Below, one piece after another: positions 13,864 through 27,666 of a stretch of 64,000 nucleotides of DNA. The stretch is from contig NC_134027.1 of assembly GCF_964204645.1 (NCBI RefSeq), forward strand, positions 15,656,485 to 15,720,484. Reading direction: 5' to 3'. Position 1 is the stretch's first letter. Each line of letters begins with the position of its first letter. The position numbers and the translations under genes are program-made. The notes under the pieces are model-generated. The model did no database searches, was not told where the DNA came from, and worked only from the letters and a program-made list of their open reading frames with translations. This DNA comes from Tubulanus polymorphus (Eukaryota; Animalia; Nemertea).

Positions 13864-14265
13864 AAAGGTCTAAGCAGGCTAGTACTCCAATGAAAAGATG
13901 AGGAAATGATAACATGATGGATGGATAAACATTTAATGACATTTCTAAGTTTATGTTGGGGTACTCAACAACCTGAATATTTTAAAACTTGAGTTGGATA
14001 TCATATTGTTATGGAATGCAGGAGTTCTAGTAGGGGTTAATTTTCTGGGAATTCACGGCGATAAAATGTATAGAAAATTGTTCACAGATAAGATATTGCA
14101 TTATACGAAAACATTTCAAGATTAAGCCCGTTTGATTTTGGCAGGATCGTCCACAATTCTTTTTATCATGGAACTATGTACAAACATAATGAGTGTAGTG
14201 TAGAAGCCATTTACAACATATGCAATATATGTAATGCATGGATTTCGGGTTGACTGAGAATCCAT

Positions 14266-14621
<356 letters not shown>

Positions 14622-15050
14622 GCATACACATAAATGTATACGAAGCTATTCATAAAAAATATATATACGAGTACATTCTGAATTGAGCCAGTACTTTATG
14701 TTAATCAATTGGATGAGAACTCCAAGGTGGAAAGACCATATTTGATATATACGTGGTGAGAATAATTCACAGTAAAGTAAAAGCTTCTTTCAAGCCAACT
14801 GAAGGTCTTGTAGTATGTTTACTGCAGTTTCCGAAGAAGAAATATTTCGTATAATATATATGTGAACTAGGGGGAAACGTGTAATTTCCATGTCTATACA
14901 TATGAGCATATATGATCATGGGATTTTCAAGCCAAGTGGAGATCATAAAGTATGTTTGCTACAAGTTACAAAGCAATAATGCACAACTGATATAGTATAC
15001 TATAATACAGTGAGGAAATGTCAACTTAGCGGAACATGTAGTTACCATAT

Positions 15051-15935
15051 CTATCTAAATAGTACAATAGCCCAACAAAGCACTGGATTTTTCAACCCAA
15101 ATTCAGGATCAAAAATTTTCAGTTTGTGCTTTTCTTCCGTGACGTTATCGATACCATAGACAAAACCATTTTGAGTCCAAACTTTCGTAAATTCATCACT
15201 GTCCGATGCTCTCATTTTACATTTGTACACTTCGGGGCACAAGTCCTCACGAAGAAATAATTCTTTACCCTTCAAATGTTTTCTGTTAGCATAGATATCG
15301 TTTCTAAGTTCCCGATCATTGAATCTGACGATTATCCCATCTGGGGTATTATCGCTGGACTGTTTGTTTTTCCTGGGTACTCGATGAGCAATCTCAATAT
15401 CGATCTTTTTAACCTTTCGCACATATGTACTGAGATTGTTGTTTATTTCATCAATAACTAGTCTTTTACAGTTTTAATTCGGCAGTTCCTGGATGTTGAA
15501 AAAGCGCAAATTATTCCTTCTAGAATACTGATTATTTTCAACAATTTTTGTTTTCATTTCTGACATTTCTTGCTGTACTTTCTTTTTTATTGGCTAGTTC
15601 GCCATCACTACACCTCTTTTCCATTGATTTCAGATCCTCTCTTAGTTTACGATTCTCTGTTTCAATGTCGCTTATCCTCTGATCATATTTAATCATAAGT
15701 TCGTCTTTGAGCTCTTTAATCACGTTTGCTGTAGAAGTTTTAAGTCCTTCGATGCTCGCCAGTATATCTGCCAATGAAATATTTTCTGGATCATCTTCTA
15801 ATGTTGAAGTTCTCCCTCGTTTTGCTGCTGGTTTAGACTTAGATGACTTGGTTGGCTTTACAGCATTCTCAGCTGAGCAATCATCAGAATTTTGGGCAGC
15901 ATCCAGTGCAGTAAAGTCTTTTATGGATGTTTGAC
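15051..15935 (-). pseudogene. LINE ORF1 (coiled coil + RRM/CTD)
   Basis: Coiled coil, QYSRRNNLRF, IEIAHRV..IIVRF..FLREDL. Confidence 0.8.
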
Positions 15936-16542
15936 TCTTGTTCTAGAGTTATTGTTGCGCTGTTGTGACTATTTGATAGTTTATTTTAAGATAATTGATT
16001 ACTCACTTGACTGATGTCAATAAAATCAATTCAAATTCACAGAAATTCACAGTTCCACTCCTCTAGATAATGAAGTCCATTCTACACCACTTTAGTCACC
16101 ATGTGTATTGATATATTCCATTTATTGGTAGTCCAATGCATTAGATTTACATTCTACATTACTTTAGAATCCATAACAGTATCCTGGGTGTAGATTTTGG
16201 TGGTTGAAGTTGCCTGTGATTTTAAGACCAAACAACACAGGCGGCCATTTTCGTATCAAATCATTTTCATCATATTCTAAATTCTGTCTTACTAAATCTG
16301 GATTTTAATTTTCAATATTTATTCTCCGTCCAGCTCTTCTATCAAAATCGCCTGTTGATATTATATTATCATTAAAACCACTATCTGCTAAATTATTATT
16401 ATATTCCTGCTCATTACCGTCATTAAAACTTGTTTCATTGAAATCAGGCGGTTGTTCTTCAGTTATGCAGGGTTCATCAAAAGTATCCATTCCAATATCT
16501 TCTCCACCTTCTACATCCATATATATTATAAAAAAATTAAAA

Positions 16543-17955
16543 TTAAAAATAAAATATTCCTCCTATTACAATTCCTATGCAAGTAATAGCTAATTCAGTA
16601 TTTTCCTGTGATTTATTATCATTATTACTTTTAATTATATCATGTTGAATATTATCAGAGTTTATGTTTTCTGTAGTATTGTAATCTTTTATTTTAGAAT
16701 CACTATCCAATTTAATATTTTTAGTTTTAGTTTCTGTTGATTGAATATGTTTTTTAATTTTTTCACCTTCCATTAGTTTTGGAGCAGTAATAATCCTTTC
16801 ATTTATATCATTTAATCCAAACTTATCATTTTTTGTTGCAGTTTTAATTAGATTATCATAACAAATTATATTTCCCATCTTTAATATTAAATCATCAGAA
16901 ACAATTAATAAATTAGGTCCTATACAATAATTGAATCTTACATGAGATTTATCTAAATAATTTTGGTACCTGACTATATTTTCTGGAATCGATCTATTTT
17001 TATCATTATGAATGGAATCTTCAAATAAAACTTTAAATTGTTTTTGTGTATCAAATGATGTATTTAAATTTCCAATTATTGGGGATCTTGTTTCAACTTG
17101 AGCGCCTATGATACATATCAAATAAGTTCTAATTGAGTATCAAATAAGTATACCAGCTTTAGTAAATCCTTCACTATTTTCTAAAATAAAATAAACCCAA
17201 CCATTATTATTTTCTTGTTTTAAATTATCATAAGATTTCGGTAATTTATTGAAATTTATTGTTTCTAAATCCAAAGTTTCTATTTTACCATAACCTTATT
17301 TATTATTATAGATATTATAAAAACTATTAGATGGTATGGCAACTGCACAATATTCTACAATTTTTTTAGGGCAAGGAAGTGATCTTATTGTTCCAATTTT
17401 TGTTCTAAAAATCAGAATTATTTATATCTATATTAAATTCATTACAAACTTGATAAAACTTTGATAAATTAATATTATTATCTAATTCTTTGAAATATCT
17501 AGATCCTGGCAAAGGAGTCTCTAATTCATTTAATATTAATCTTATTTGAACACTAATTCATTTAATATTAATCTTATTTGAACATAAGTATGGAATCTAA
17601 ATGAACTTTGAATTAATTTATATTTAGAATTATTCAAATGATCATTCCAACTAATTCCACATCCTGTTGTAGCACAATAAACTGCAAAATTTAATTGGTT
17701 TTGCCAATACTTCATATTAGATTTTAATAACCATTGTTTTTCAACTTTCAATTTTTTTAAATTAATTAGACATACATGAAAAATATTTTCCATCTTTGCA
17801 TTAAAATTATTAGTTTCAGTAACATAAATATCTAAATTAATTAATGAATTTAAAACTTCATTCTTATAAGAAATATCTTTATTAAAATCTATTGCTGGAA
17901 TATTATATTTAATTTATTTATTATATTGAAAAGCTTTTGGAAAGCTATCTACCAT
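16543..17955 (-). pseudogene. PLV ~450-aa protein with C-terminal hydrophobic anchor
   Basis: Homologous to 49346-50703 (WQNQLNFAV, GCGISW, QVETRSPI). Confidence 0.8.
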
Positions 17956-18060
17956 TTATATAATAAAAAAATTAATAATTTATTAATTCTTTTAATAATT
18001 TATCTTGTTCTTCAACTGTTATATCACCATTTAAACTTATTATATAATCTAATGTATTAT

Positions 18061-18761
18061 TAGGCCATTAATGTATTATTATTGACCTTTTTTGTTCCCA
18101 AAAATGTCAATTTTGGCCTGAATTCTGAGTCCTCTAGCTTTCTAATGGTGTGCCATGTTTCATTGCAATTTGTAATGGGTATTCTTTGGAAAGGGATCTT
18201 TTATATCCGAGAGGGTATTTTTGACCAGGCAATTATGACGCAATTGGCGGCCATCTTGGGGTCATCAGTACTCATTCGTAGGTGGAAAAAAAGTTTTTCC
18301 ACATCATATTGATACTTAAGCATATTTTGCTACCATAATCAATTGGAAAGATGTAGCTCATGACATGTTCTATGATCGAGGTGAGTTTCAAGCTCATTAG
18401 TTTTTGTTTATGGCCACCAGGGGGCGTTGGACAATACAATAACTTAGTATATCTATATTACATTTGTACCTATGCATATTTTGCTACCACAATCAATTGG
18501 AAAGTTGTAGCTCATGACATGGTCCATGATCTTGGTGAGTTTCAAGCTCATTGGTTTTTGTATATGGCCACCAGGGGCGTTGAACAATACAATAACTTAG
18601 TATTTCTATTTTACATTCGTTCCTGCTGTCTGTGTTAACACACGATTTTACTATGTAAATGATATTGAGCAGGGAGTGTTTGATAAATATAACCCACAGA
18701 TTACATCATTTATAAAAAGCAAATCTGACAGGCTGGCCATTGTGCCCCTTGGGGCTCTTGT
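18061..18761 (+). mobile_element. Non-autonomous Helentron-like (HINE) element
   Basis: Inserted in a T-run of a PLV gene without TSD; internal ~155-bp tandem repeats; 3' hairpin gccccttggggc followed by tcttgt. Confidence 0.6.
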
Positions 18762-19572
18762 TTAATTTATTAATTTCTTTTATATTAGATTTCATTTCTT
18801 CTTTATAACTTTTTACATTTAATTTTGAACTTATGCCGGTTAATACACTTGAACTTAAACCTAAAGCTCCAATTGAGATAGCTAAAGGTGTTAATGGTGA
18901 GAATAATGCTAGAAATGTTATTACAGAACTAATTGTAGCTGAACTACTAATAATAAAATAATATATAATCTTACTTTTAAAATATTTTTTCGTTTTAATT
19001 TTAAACCATTTTCAAATTCTAATATTTGTTTTTCCAAATATGATTTTAATTAAGTTGTATTTATATCATAAGGAATAATATCAATATTATCAATTTTATC
19101 ATCCATTTATTTAGAAAAGAAATTACTAATTAGTGAATTTATAAGCAACAAATAATACAATAACTGTTCCACCTAAAATCCAAATTATTTCATATTTCTG
19201 TTGTTCACTACTTGGGGTATAATAATCTGATAATTTAGGTTTGTATAGATGTAATTTTTCGTTTTTTGTTACTGCGTTATATAAACTCATAGCTTCATCA
19301 ACTGATTGAAAATCTCTATGTGTAATTTTCTGATTATATAATTCTTTGTAAATATAATCCATATAATTTTGTCTCTTTTCTCAATATTCTTCTGCTGCTT
19401 TATTATATTTCTCTAATGCTAAGTTATGTCTTCTTTGTTCTGCTAATGAACTATTTTAATCAATATGCTTAAATAAATAACCACCACCTGTAAATGCTAA
19501 AGCGTTAACAATTGCTGATCCTATAATAGTTATAATTGCAGATGCCATTTATTAAGTAAACAAATTATGTAT

Positions 19573-19794
19573 TTATAAAGGAGGAATATATTTTTGTTTT
19601 TCTAAATAATCAATTGTTAAATTAGATAAAGTAACTGCTAATGTTAATTTTAAAATATCATTGATATCAAATTTATCAACATTAATACTTCCCATTCCAA
19701 ATACTTTTTTTAATACCATTGTATAACCAACAGTTCCCACTGATAATAATTCTCCTTTATATAAACCAGTTATTATCCACTTCTGATCCGCCAT
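19573..19794 (-). CDS. PLV 73-aa small hydrophobic protein
   Basis: Homologous to 48220-48441. Confidence 0.78.
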   Translation of the reverse strand: MADQKWIITGLYKGELLSVGTVGYTMVLKKVFGMGSINVDKFDINDILKLTLAVTLSNLTIDYLEKQKYIPPL

Positions 19795-20141
19795 TTATTT
19801 AGAAAAAAATTACTATCTTCAAAATATTTAGTTAACTTAGTTATAATTATTTCAACATTTATAATATCATTAGTTTCATTTTCATGTATTTCAGTTATTA
19901 TTTCTTTAATATCATTAATAATAAAATCTTCATCTAATTCATAAAATCTTAAAGACTCTCTAATTAAATCAGTAATCATTTCTACATTAAAAGTTTCTTT
20001 ATTTATTGTTGTTTCATATTCAAATGTTGTTTCATTAGTAAATGCAATATTTTTCAGATGAGTTATTACATCAAATTTCATTTCTTTCTCACGTTTAAAA
20101 TCAAATCCAAAACATATACTCGGTCCAACAGTTATATTCAT
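19773..20141 (-). CDS. PLV 122-aa protein of unknown function
   Basis: Homologous to 47878-48219. Confidence 0.75.
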   Translation of the reverse strand: MNITVGPSICFGFDFKREKEMKFDVITHLKNIAFTNETTFEYETTINKETFNVEMITDLIRESLRFYELDEDFIINDIKEIITEIHENETNDIINVEIIITKLTKYFEDSNFFLNKWRIRSG

Positions 20142-20157
20142 TTATATAATGAAAAAA

Positions 20158-20908
20158 TTACTCTCTAAATCTTATAACTAATTCATATATTACAGGAAAA
20201 CTATTCAAATCAATTAAGTATCCATTATGATTCCTAATTTCTAACTTAAAATTGTTAAATTGTGAAATACAGGGCTTAAAATCACATTCAGCTAAATTAT
20301 AATTTAATTTTGTTCCAAATTGCTTGACATTTTTTAATGGTAAAATATTCAATAAACTAGAATTACATGTTATATCTTTAGTTGCTTCGAATGTTTTTGA
20401 AGCATCAATTAAATTGCAATAAATATAAAAGTGTGTGTAAGGTATTAAGTTTGGTGTAGCATCAACATTTGAATAAATTTTATCTGGTGTAATTCCTAAT
20501 AGTTTAGCTATAGGTTTTTTAACTAAAAATTGATATTTTTCATCATTAGTTAACCTTATCTTTATTTTATTAGAACTATCACTTTTTGAAAATCTAATAT
20601 CAAATCTGGAATCACTACCTAATTTGTGCAAGGCTTTTCTATTAATTTCTTGAGATAATGTATCTAAATTATATAACCCTGGTTTTAGAAATAGAGGATA
20701 CCATTTATTTTTGTTAATAACTGCAAAACTTCGATGATCAATAGTTATCTGATATATAATAAGAAGAATTACATAAACTAATATTTAATAATTTTAAATC
20801 TACACAATTCTTAAATTATCTATCTGATTGTACTAGTAAATTATGTGATTTATAATTTGTAAGTCTTCTAGAATCAACAAATATTCTATATTCTTTTAAT
20901 TCACCCAT
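20158..20908 (-). pseudogene. Penton-like minor capsid protein (frameshifted)
   Basis: Homologous to 47100-47861. Confidence 0.78.
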
Positions 20909-20976
20909 TATTTATAACACAAAAAATTACCTCGAACCATTAAAAATTAATCTTAATAAAATTTTTTCCTAAATAA

Positions 20977-22242
20977 ATGGATGAGAAGATAGGATGTGAA
21001 ATCTGTGGTGAACTTCAAAGAAAAAGTAATATGGCTCGACATATGAAAAAACATGATGAAAATTATAAACCCCCTAAAATAAACCGTCCGAATTGTAATA
21101 AATTTTTCTCAAGAAATTATGTTAAAAAACATTCAGAGAAGTGTAAAATTAATGACTCAACGGTTAATGTTGATATTAATGAAAGTAATAGTAATTCTGT
21201 TGAAGTTGAATCTGAAATTATTTCGAAAAGACCTTTCTTATTCTATGATAAGAAAAATATAAAAGATCATTTCTGTGAGCATTGTCGAATAAAATATAGC
21301 CCCGAAAATATAGAAGATTTGGAAAATCATCAATTTCGTAAAGCACATATAGATAAAATTTCTAGTAAATTTGAAACATAATTTAATGAAAGAAAAAATA
21401 AAATATTAGAAAAAATAAAATATGAGAAAACGTTACCAGATAATGCAGAAACACTTGAAAAGTTAGAAAAACAATATAATGAATTAGTAAGAAAAAAATA
21501 TTATTGCAAATATTGTAAATTGATTATTACAACAAGTAATTCAAAACTACATAATAGAACAATAAAACATAAAGAAAACGTAAGAAAATACCAAGAACTT
21601 AATGAAGATCTATAGCCAAGATATGATGCCCACAATAATGCCCACAATGTATTTATGTCTACTTAAGACAAGAAGATTCTGTGATATTTTGTAATGAATG
21701 TGGATGGCAAAAAATGTATGGGGTGATGAAAAAACTAGAGATATTCTTATAGAACCAAAATTAAAAAATGAAAATGAAAAAATGAAAAAATGAAAATGAT
21801 AGAAAATAAAAATGGTGAAATAACTAAGAAAGATATAATAAAAACAATTATTCTATCAACATGTAACACAAAAGAGAAGAAAATTTATTTATATTTATTA
21901 TTTAACGATTATTATAAAAAACCTAAATTAACAAAAGAAGATATGGAAAATATAAAAGAAACATTCAGAAACACATTAAAATATTATGTGGATAATAAAA
22001 TAACAGATTCAATTAATTATGAATTCTGTTTAAATAAGATTGTAAATTTTTTAAACATCGATATTATAATTCCATTTGATGAATTAACAAACAAAAAGAA
22101 ACAAAGAGAGCTAGATGAAATGTGGAATAATATAGAACTTTATTTAAATGAGAAAAATGAAATAGAAGAACCTAAACAATTAAATAAAAATGAAGAAACC
22201 AGTAGTGATTTCGAGTATGATGATATTGATTATATGTTTTAA
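20977..22242 (+). pseudogene. Multi-zinc-finger protein with C-terminal VLTF3-like domain
   Basis: Several C2H2-like fingers, CxxC..CNECG ribbon, then PKL..D..I..F..Y..SINYEFCLNKI..L..K..D.MW..I..L. Confidence 0.6.
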
Positions 22243-25020
22243 TGGCCATAAGGTAATGTTTTTATTCCATCACCCAAAATATATCTTTTATCATCAAATG
22301 GATTTAAACTAGTTTTTTCAACTTCAATAATGTACATCTCGTGATCTTCTGATCTTAAACAATTCATTGTGTGTTTCATTACAATTGCGTTATATAAACA
22401 CTTTATATAATCTTGAAATTCTATATGTTTATCAACCACATGCTTTGTTATTCCTTTTAACTTTTTAGCTTCATGATCTTTTGTTCTATAACTATACATT
22501 TTACTTCTTATCCCAACAAATTCAACCATTTCATCACCTCCTAATTCATCTTTAAACTTACCAGGCTGCTTTTTATTATCATTGCAAAATAGTTCATGAT
22601 CTTTTGGATAATTGCTAAAGTCAAAATGATGTTTTAATGTTTTTAAGTCTTTTGTTATGTCATTTGTCTTAATTTTTAGTATGTAACTGTCAGTATTGGC
22701 CGCTATTAATGGAAATCCACAGTTAAATGTTCCATCTTCAGTTGATAAATCATAAACATAATCTGTTGGGTTATATATTTCAAATAAATCTTTAACTTCT
22801 TCAGTTAACTCATTTTCTACATGGCTTAAATTAAAGCAATTTGGTTTAGATTTAATCAATGCAATATTCATATTAAAACCTAATGAACTACATAACACAT
22901 TTAACCCACTTATTGCACATTTTCCTTTCTGAGCTAAAGATATTGTTTTGCGGTTTTTGAAACTTTTTGTTCCCTCTGCTGCGTAGAATCCAATGAAGAA
23001 CCATTTTCTTAAATTATATTTTGCATTTAATACATAATCTGGAACTATCTTTTCTTTTGTTGAAGTATTACTTTTGACTAATGTATGAATATAGAATTCA
23101 TCATTATATTTTATAGCAAAATCTTTAGGATTATTTACATGTATTCTATAACATTGTGATGATTTCATAACATCTATGATTTTAAATGTTTTATGTAAAT
23201 AAACTTCTTCACAATATTTCTTTATTCTTTCTAATAATTTCAAATCTTGATTGCATAAATACCAACAATATTCATTACCCCAAACATATTTATAGACACC
23301 TGCTGAACCATCTCCCATGAAAAATCCTTTGATAAAATATTCTTTTTCTTCTAATGTTTTGGGTTCTATATTATAAATATTATCAATTATTTCATCAAAT
23401 GACATATGATTCATTCTTTGGAAAAATCTTTTATGTAATAATTCATCTCCAATTTTTATATCAGTTGGTTTTATTTCATCACCATTTCGTTTAATTAAAC
23501 TATGATCTTCAGTAAAATCTACAAACCCTAATTTAGTTCTAACTCTATAGATTTTCTTATTTGTTTAATGCCTTATAATATTCTTTAATTTTTTCCATCC
23601 ATTTCTTGTCCAAACATCCATTAATCCATTTATTTGTATTAATTCTTTTTCACCATATGAAATATAAAGTTCATTTTGTTTTGGAATTATTTCTGAAATT
23701 CCTCTAATTAATATTTGGTTATTGTATTTTAATAATATTGGGGTATCAGCTGTTACAGAATCAAAATATAATATTTCAATATGCTTTTCCCCAGAAAGTG
23801 GTTGTAAAACATTTTGATAAAAATCATACATTAATAATTTTGATATTTCTAAAACAGTTGAACTAATGAATATAGGTTTATTAAATTTCATTGACGTTCT
23901 TTTTAATTTTACCGCGGTTAAATAATCTTCAAATCTTTTATTTCCTAAATGTCTAGGACTTGATTGTAAATGTCTCAATCGTTCAGAATTATTTACTAAT
24001 TCAATATCATTTCTATTTCTAATATTTTCACGTGTTTTTCCATAAAACTATTATTCATTAATTTGAAGAAATCTGTTTCAAAATCTGTTTTAGATATGGT
24101 TCTCTGTTGAGTATTAAAATCTATATATTTTTCTAACCACTTCGATTGATTAAATTCAATATATCTATGTACTTTCTTTAATTTCATTCCTTGTTTTAGA
24201 TAAAATTTTAACATTCTATAATGGACAATATAATCGTATTTATTATTTTGAGTAAGTATTAATTTTTCTGTAAAAACATGATCTTTCGGTTTTATTGTGT
24301 CTTTTAAATTCATTAAATATTTTTTCTAATTTCTCTTTTATTTGTGTTTTTGAAATTATTTCTTTAGAGTGTGTTTGAATATTATAATCCATTTTTTCTT
24401 CTGATTTTACAAAACTTACTTTCCCAGAGATACTAATTTTTGGATATTCAACATCTGTAACAAAGTCCATAATTTTTTCCATGATTTCAATAAATTTACT
24501 ATAATCTTCTATTGTTGTACCTTTAAAAAATCTAAATATAATAGCTGCAGGACCAGTTTTAGTACGTAATATTTCTTAAATTTCAATTGTATCTTTTATT
24601 TCTAATGAATCGATATAATTTCTAACATTTTCCATATAAGGTTTATTTGAAATAGATTTAGTTTTTGAAACTGGTTTTTTTACTTGTTGAGGTTTATCAT
24701 CAAAACAATCTGTTCCTAAAACATTATTACTTAAATTTTGTTTGTGTTTTTGCGATTCGAGATGTCTTTTATAGTCCCTTTTTGCTATAAATTCATTACA
24801 AACTTCACATTTTACTTCATCCACATTCATATTTTCTAATTGTTCTTTTCTTTCATTGGAATTTTCTGGAATTTCAAAATCTATAACATTTTTCATATGA
24901 TATGCAGTTTTTTTAATGTCGTGCTTTATGAGATTTATCAATGTATTTTTTACAATATGTACAATAATATTGATTTTCATTAACATCAATTTTTTCTGTG
25001 TGGTACTCACTGTCTCCCAT
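22239..25020 (-). pseudogene. Protein-primed PolB with intein and a large internal deletion
   Basis: N-terminal zinc fingers at 24243-25020 joined to KLMNNSF..YFD|intein|TDS..DDKRY. Confidence 0.92.
22695..23759 (-). mobile_element. Intein with LAGLIDADG homing endonuclease, 355 codons, one premature stop
   Basis: S1 (SVTADTP), TEDH, GFFMGDGS, GFYAAEGT, VYDLSTEDGTF, terminal N followed by +1 T of TDS. Confidence 0.93.
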
Positions 25021-26297
25021 TTATTAGGAAAAAAAAGTACTTTTAGTCTCGAAAGTCTCGAGTAGCCCCATTGAAAAAATTAACGATTCCACTATGAGTG
25101 TTCGAACTCATGCGATGCTTAAGAGAGAGCTCAACTTGGAAGCCACGAATGTGTTTTTTGGACCGATGGCGGTTTTGCACTACATAAGGAACGATTCAAC
25201 CCAGTTCAAAACGTATGTCGCTAATCGTGTGTCGGTCATTCGCGCGATCTCATATCCGCACGATTGGAGGTTCGTCAGTACAAATTTCAATCCGGCGGAT
25301 ATAGCCTCCAGGGGCATGGATCCCTCGTGTGATGGTGAAACGTGGTTTTATGGCCTGGATTTCTTGAAACATGAGGAAAAAGAATGGCCACGAGAGCCTC
25401 ATCTCATGATACACCCATACAGTGTGAAGATGATCCTGAGTTGAAAAAAGCGGTGTTGTCTTCCTGCGTGGGGGAGGGTTGCAGTTCGACCAGCAAGGTA
25501 GTCGATAAGTTGTTAAACCATTGTTCGGATTGGAGTAAAACCAAACGTCTCACTGGTCGGTTGCTTAAAGTTCGAGATTACTTACGGTTCAAGGCTATGG
25601 AGCGTAAAGGAATAGAAACTGGATTATCAACAACTCTTAAGTATGCTGGAAGTACTGCTAAGTGGAAAACCGAGATAGGTAGTGTTTTGTGGAAGTCTCT
25701 GAAGAATAGGGACTTCATTACGCTTGACAAGTCAACGTTGAATGAAGCAGAATGCATCATTATCAGTTCTAAATTCTTCCACGATGAGTTGGTATTGGTG
25801 AAGGCCGGTAAACCAGTTAAAAAGTCCAGGTCAAATTGATCCGTTCATCGACTCGGGAAGCGGTCTCTTGAGAGTTGGCGGTAGACTCGCTCGTGTCTCG
25901 TTCAATATGAAGCATCCCGTTATCATACCTAAGAAGTCTTGTATCGCTGAAAAGATTATCAGGCATGTTCACGTGAATTTGGTTGGACATCTTGGAAAGA
26001 ATTCAATACTTTCTAAACCGAATGAAGATTATTGGGTTATCAGCGCAAATCGGATAGTGAAGAAGATGCTCATTTCATGTGTTAATTTTCGCAAATATAG
26101 TGGTCTGTTGAATAGCCAAAAGATGGCGAACCCCTGCAGATCGCGTTTCTACTGATCCCCCTTTTTCACATACAGGGGTTGAATATTTTGGGCCCTATGA
26201 AGTCAGGCGTGGCAGATCAAGAGTTAAACGTTATGGTGTAATCTTTACATGTCTTTCTAGTAGAGCTATCCATCTAGAGGTCGCGTCGTCGCTTGAT

Positions 26298-27068
26298 ATG
26301 GATTCATGCATCAATGCCATTCGTCGGTTTAGGGCTAGGCGTGGCAAAGTCAAAACAATACGATCAGATAATGGAACCAATCTCGTTGCGGCCGAGAAAG
26401 AACTTCGTAATGAGTTAGATAAGTGGAATCGCAGCATCATGATTGAAAGATTGGCTCAAGAAGGAATTGATTGGCGTTTCAACCCTCCCTCCTCGTCTCA
26501 TTTTGGTGGTTCTTGGGAAAGGCTCATTAGGTCTGTGCGAAAAGTGATGTATCCTTTACTAAAGGAGCAAGTGTTCCACTTAGATGACGAAGGTTTGTGC
26601 ACGTTATTGTGCGAAGTGGAGAACATTTTGAATTCACGACCACTGACTAGAACTTCAAATGATCCATGTGATTTACGTCCTCTTTCACCTAATGACGTTT
26701 TGTTGTTCCATTCTGCTGATTCTTTGCCACCAGTGCTCACCTCTGAAAATTATAACTACGCTAGAAAACGATGGAAGCAGGTCCAATATCTTTCTGACAT
26801 ATTTTGGAAGCAGTGGACCAATGAATATTTGCCTAGCTTGCAACGTCGTGCAAAATGGTGTAAACAGCGTACTAATGTAGCCGTCGGAGACATAGTTATG
26901 TTAATTGAAAGCAACATTCGAGGGTATTGGTTAGTTGGCAGAGTGGTAAAAAAGTTTCCTGATGCGCATGGGCATGTTCAATTCTGCGATGTGAAAACTA
27001 AAAGTTATGTGTTGAGAAGACCGATACACAAGTTATCTTCCATTTTGGAGATGGATATTGATACATGA
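26298..27068 (+). pseudogene. BEL/Pao integrase core and C-terminal domain
   Basis: SDNGTNL..FGGSWERLI..LNSRPL..RRPIHKL. Confidence 0.88.
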
Positions 27069-27217
27069 GATAATATTTGAGGTTGTCAGATGTAATACAA
27101 GTAACAGTCTTCTTGATTCATAATCTTTAATATGCTACTGTAATTGTATATCTTATTAGTATAGTATTATTGTTATTAGTTTAGTATTATTTCGGTGCCC
27201 GAAATAGGGGCCGGGTA

Positions 27218-27666
27218 TGTTAGGTTGTGTAGTTTCTTTTATTAAGGACTGGCGATTCTACCTGTTTTGTGTGTATGGTATTTACGTAAGCTTCATTGAT
27301 TTTGTTAGGATAAGGATACACTTGGTCAGTTTTTGTATAGGTTAGCTTGTATATCTGTGTAGGTGGGGTTTTGTATAAGTCTAGCTTGTATGTGGACATG
27401 ATGTAGACTCATATCATGTGGGCATAAATTTTGTAAGAAAATCATTACATTAATATAATGTTATTCAAAGTCGTTATTTCACTAGAATTATTAATTAATG
27501 TATTCAAATTTTGTTACGTTTCTAACTAAGTTTGGACTTGTTGTATTTTTGTAGTGAATCGTCGTTATCGTCGTCATTGAGTCCTCATTAAAGAGATATA
27601 TTATACCGTGAATTCAGTTGCGTCGTTTTTCATGTGTTGCGTTATTCGTTGGATGAGGACATTACA
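27218..27666 (+). repeat. Putative 3' LTR of the BEL element
   Basis: TGT...ACA after aaataggggccgggta; no second copy in the window. Confidence 0.6.

Larger units (their letters stand above)
25040..27666 (+). mobile_element. 5'-truncated BEL/Pao LTR retrotransposon
   Basis: KSRVAPLK, YVANRV, NPADIASRG, RVGGRL, SDNGTN, GGSWERL, WxxEYL; polypurine tract then LTR. Confidence 0.92.

Noticed and set aside
17521-17583. 30-bp tandem duplication; also aaaatg slippage at 21767-21800
   Set aside because: Post-insertion repair scars in pseudogenes
26298-27068. Integrase as the missing PLV integrase
   Set aside because: BEL/Pao context and different base composition
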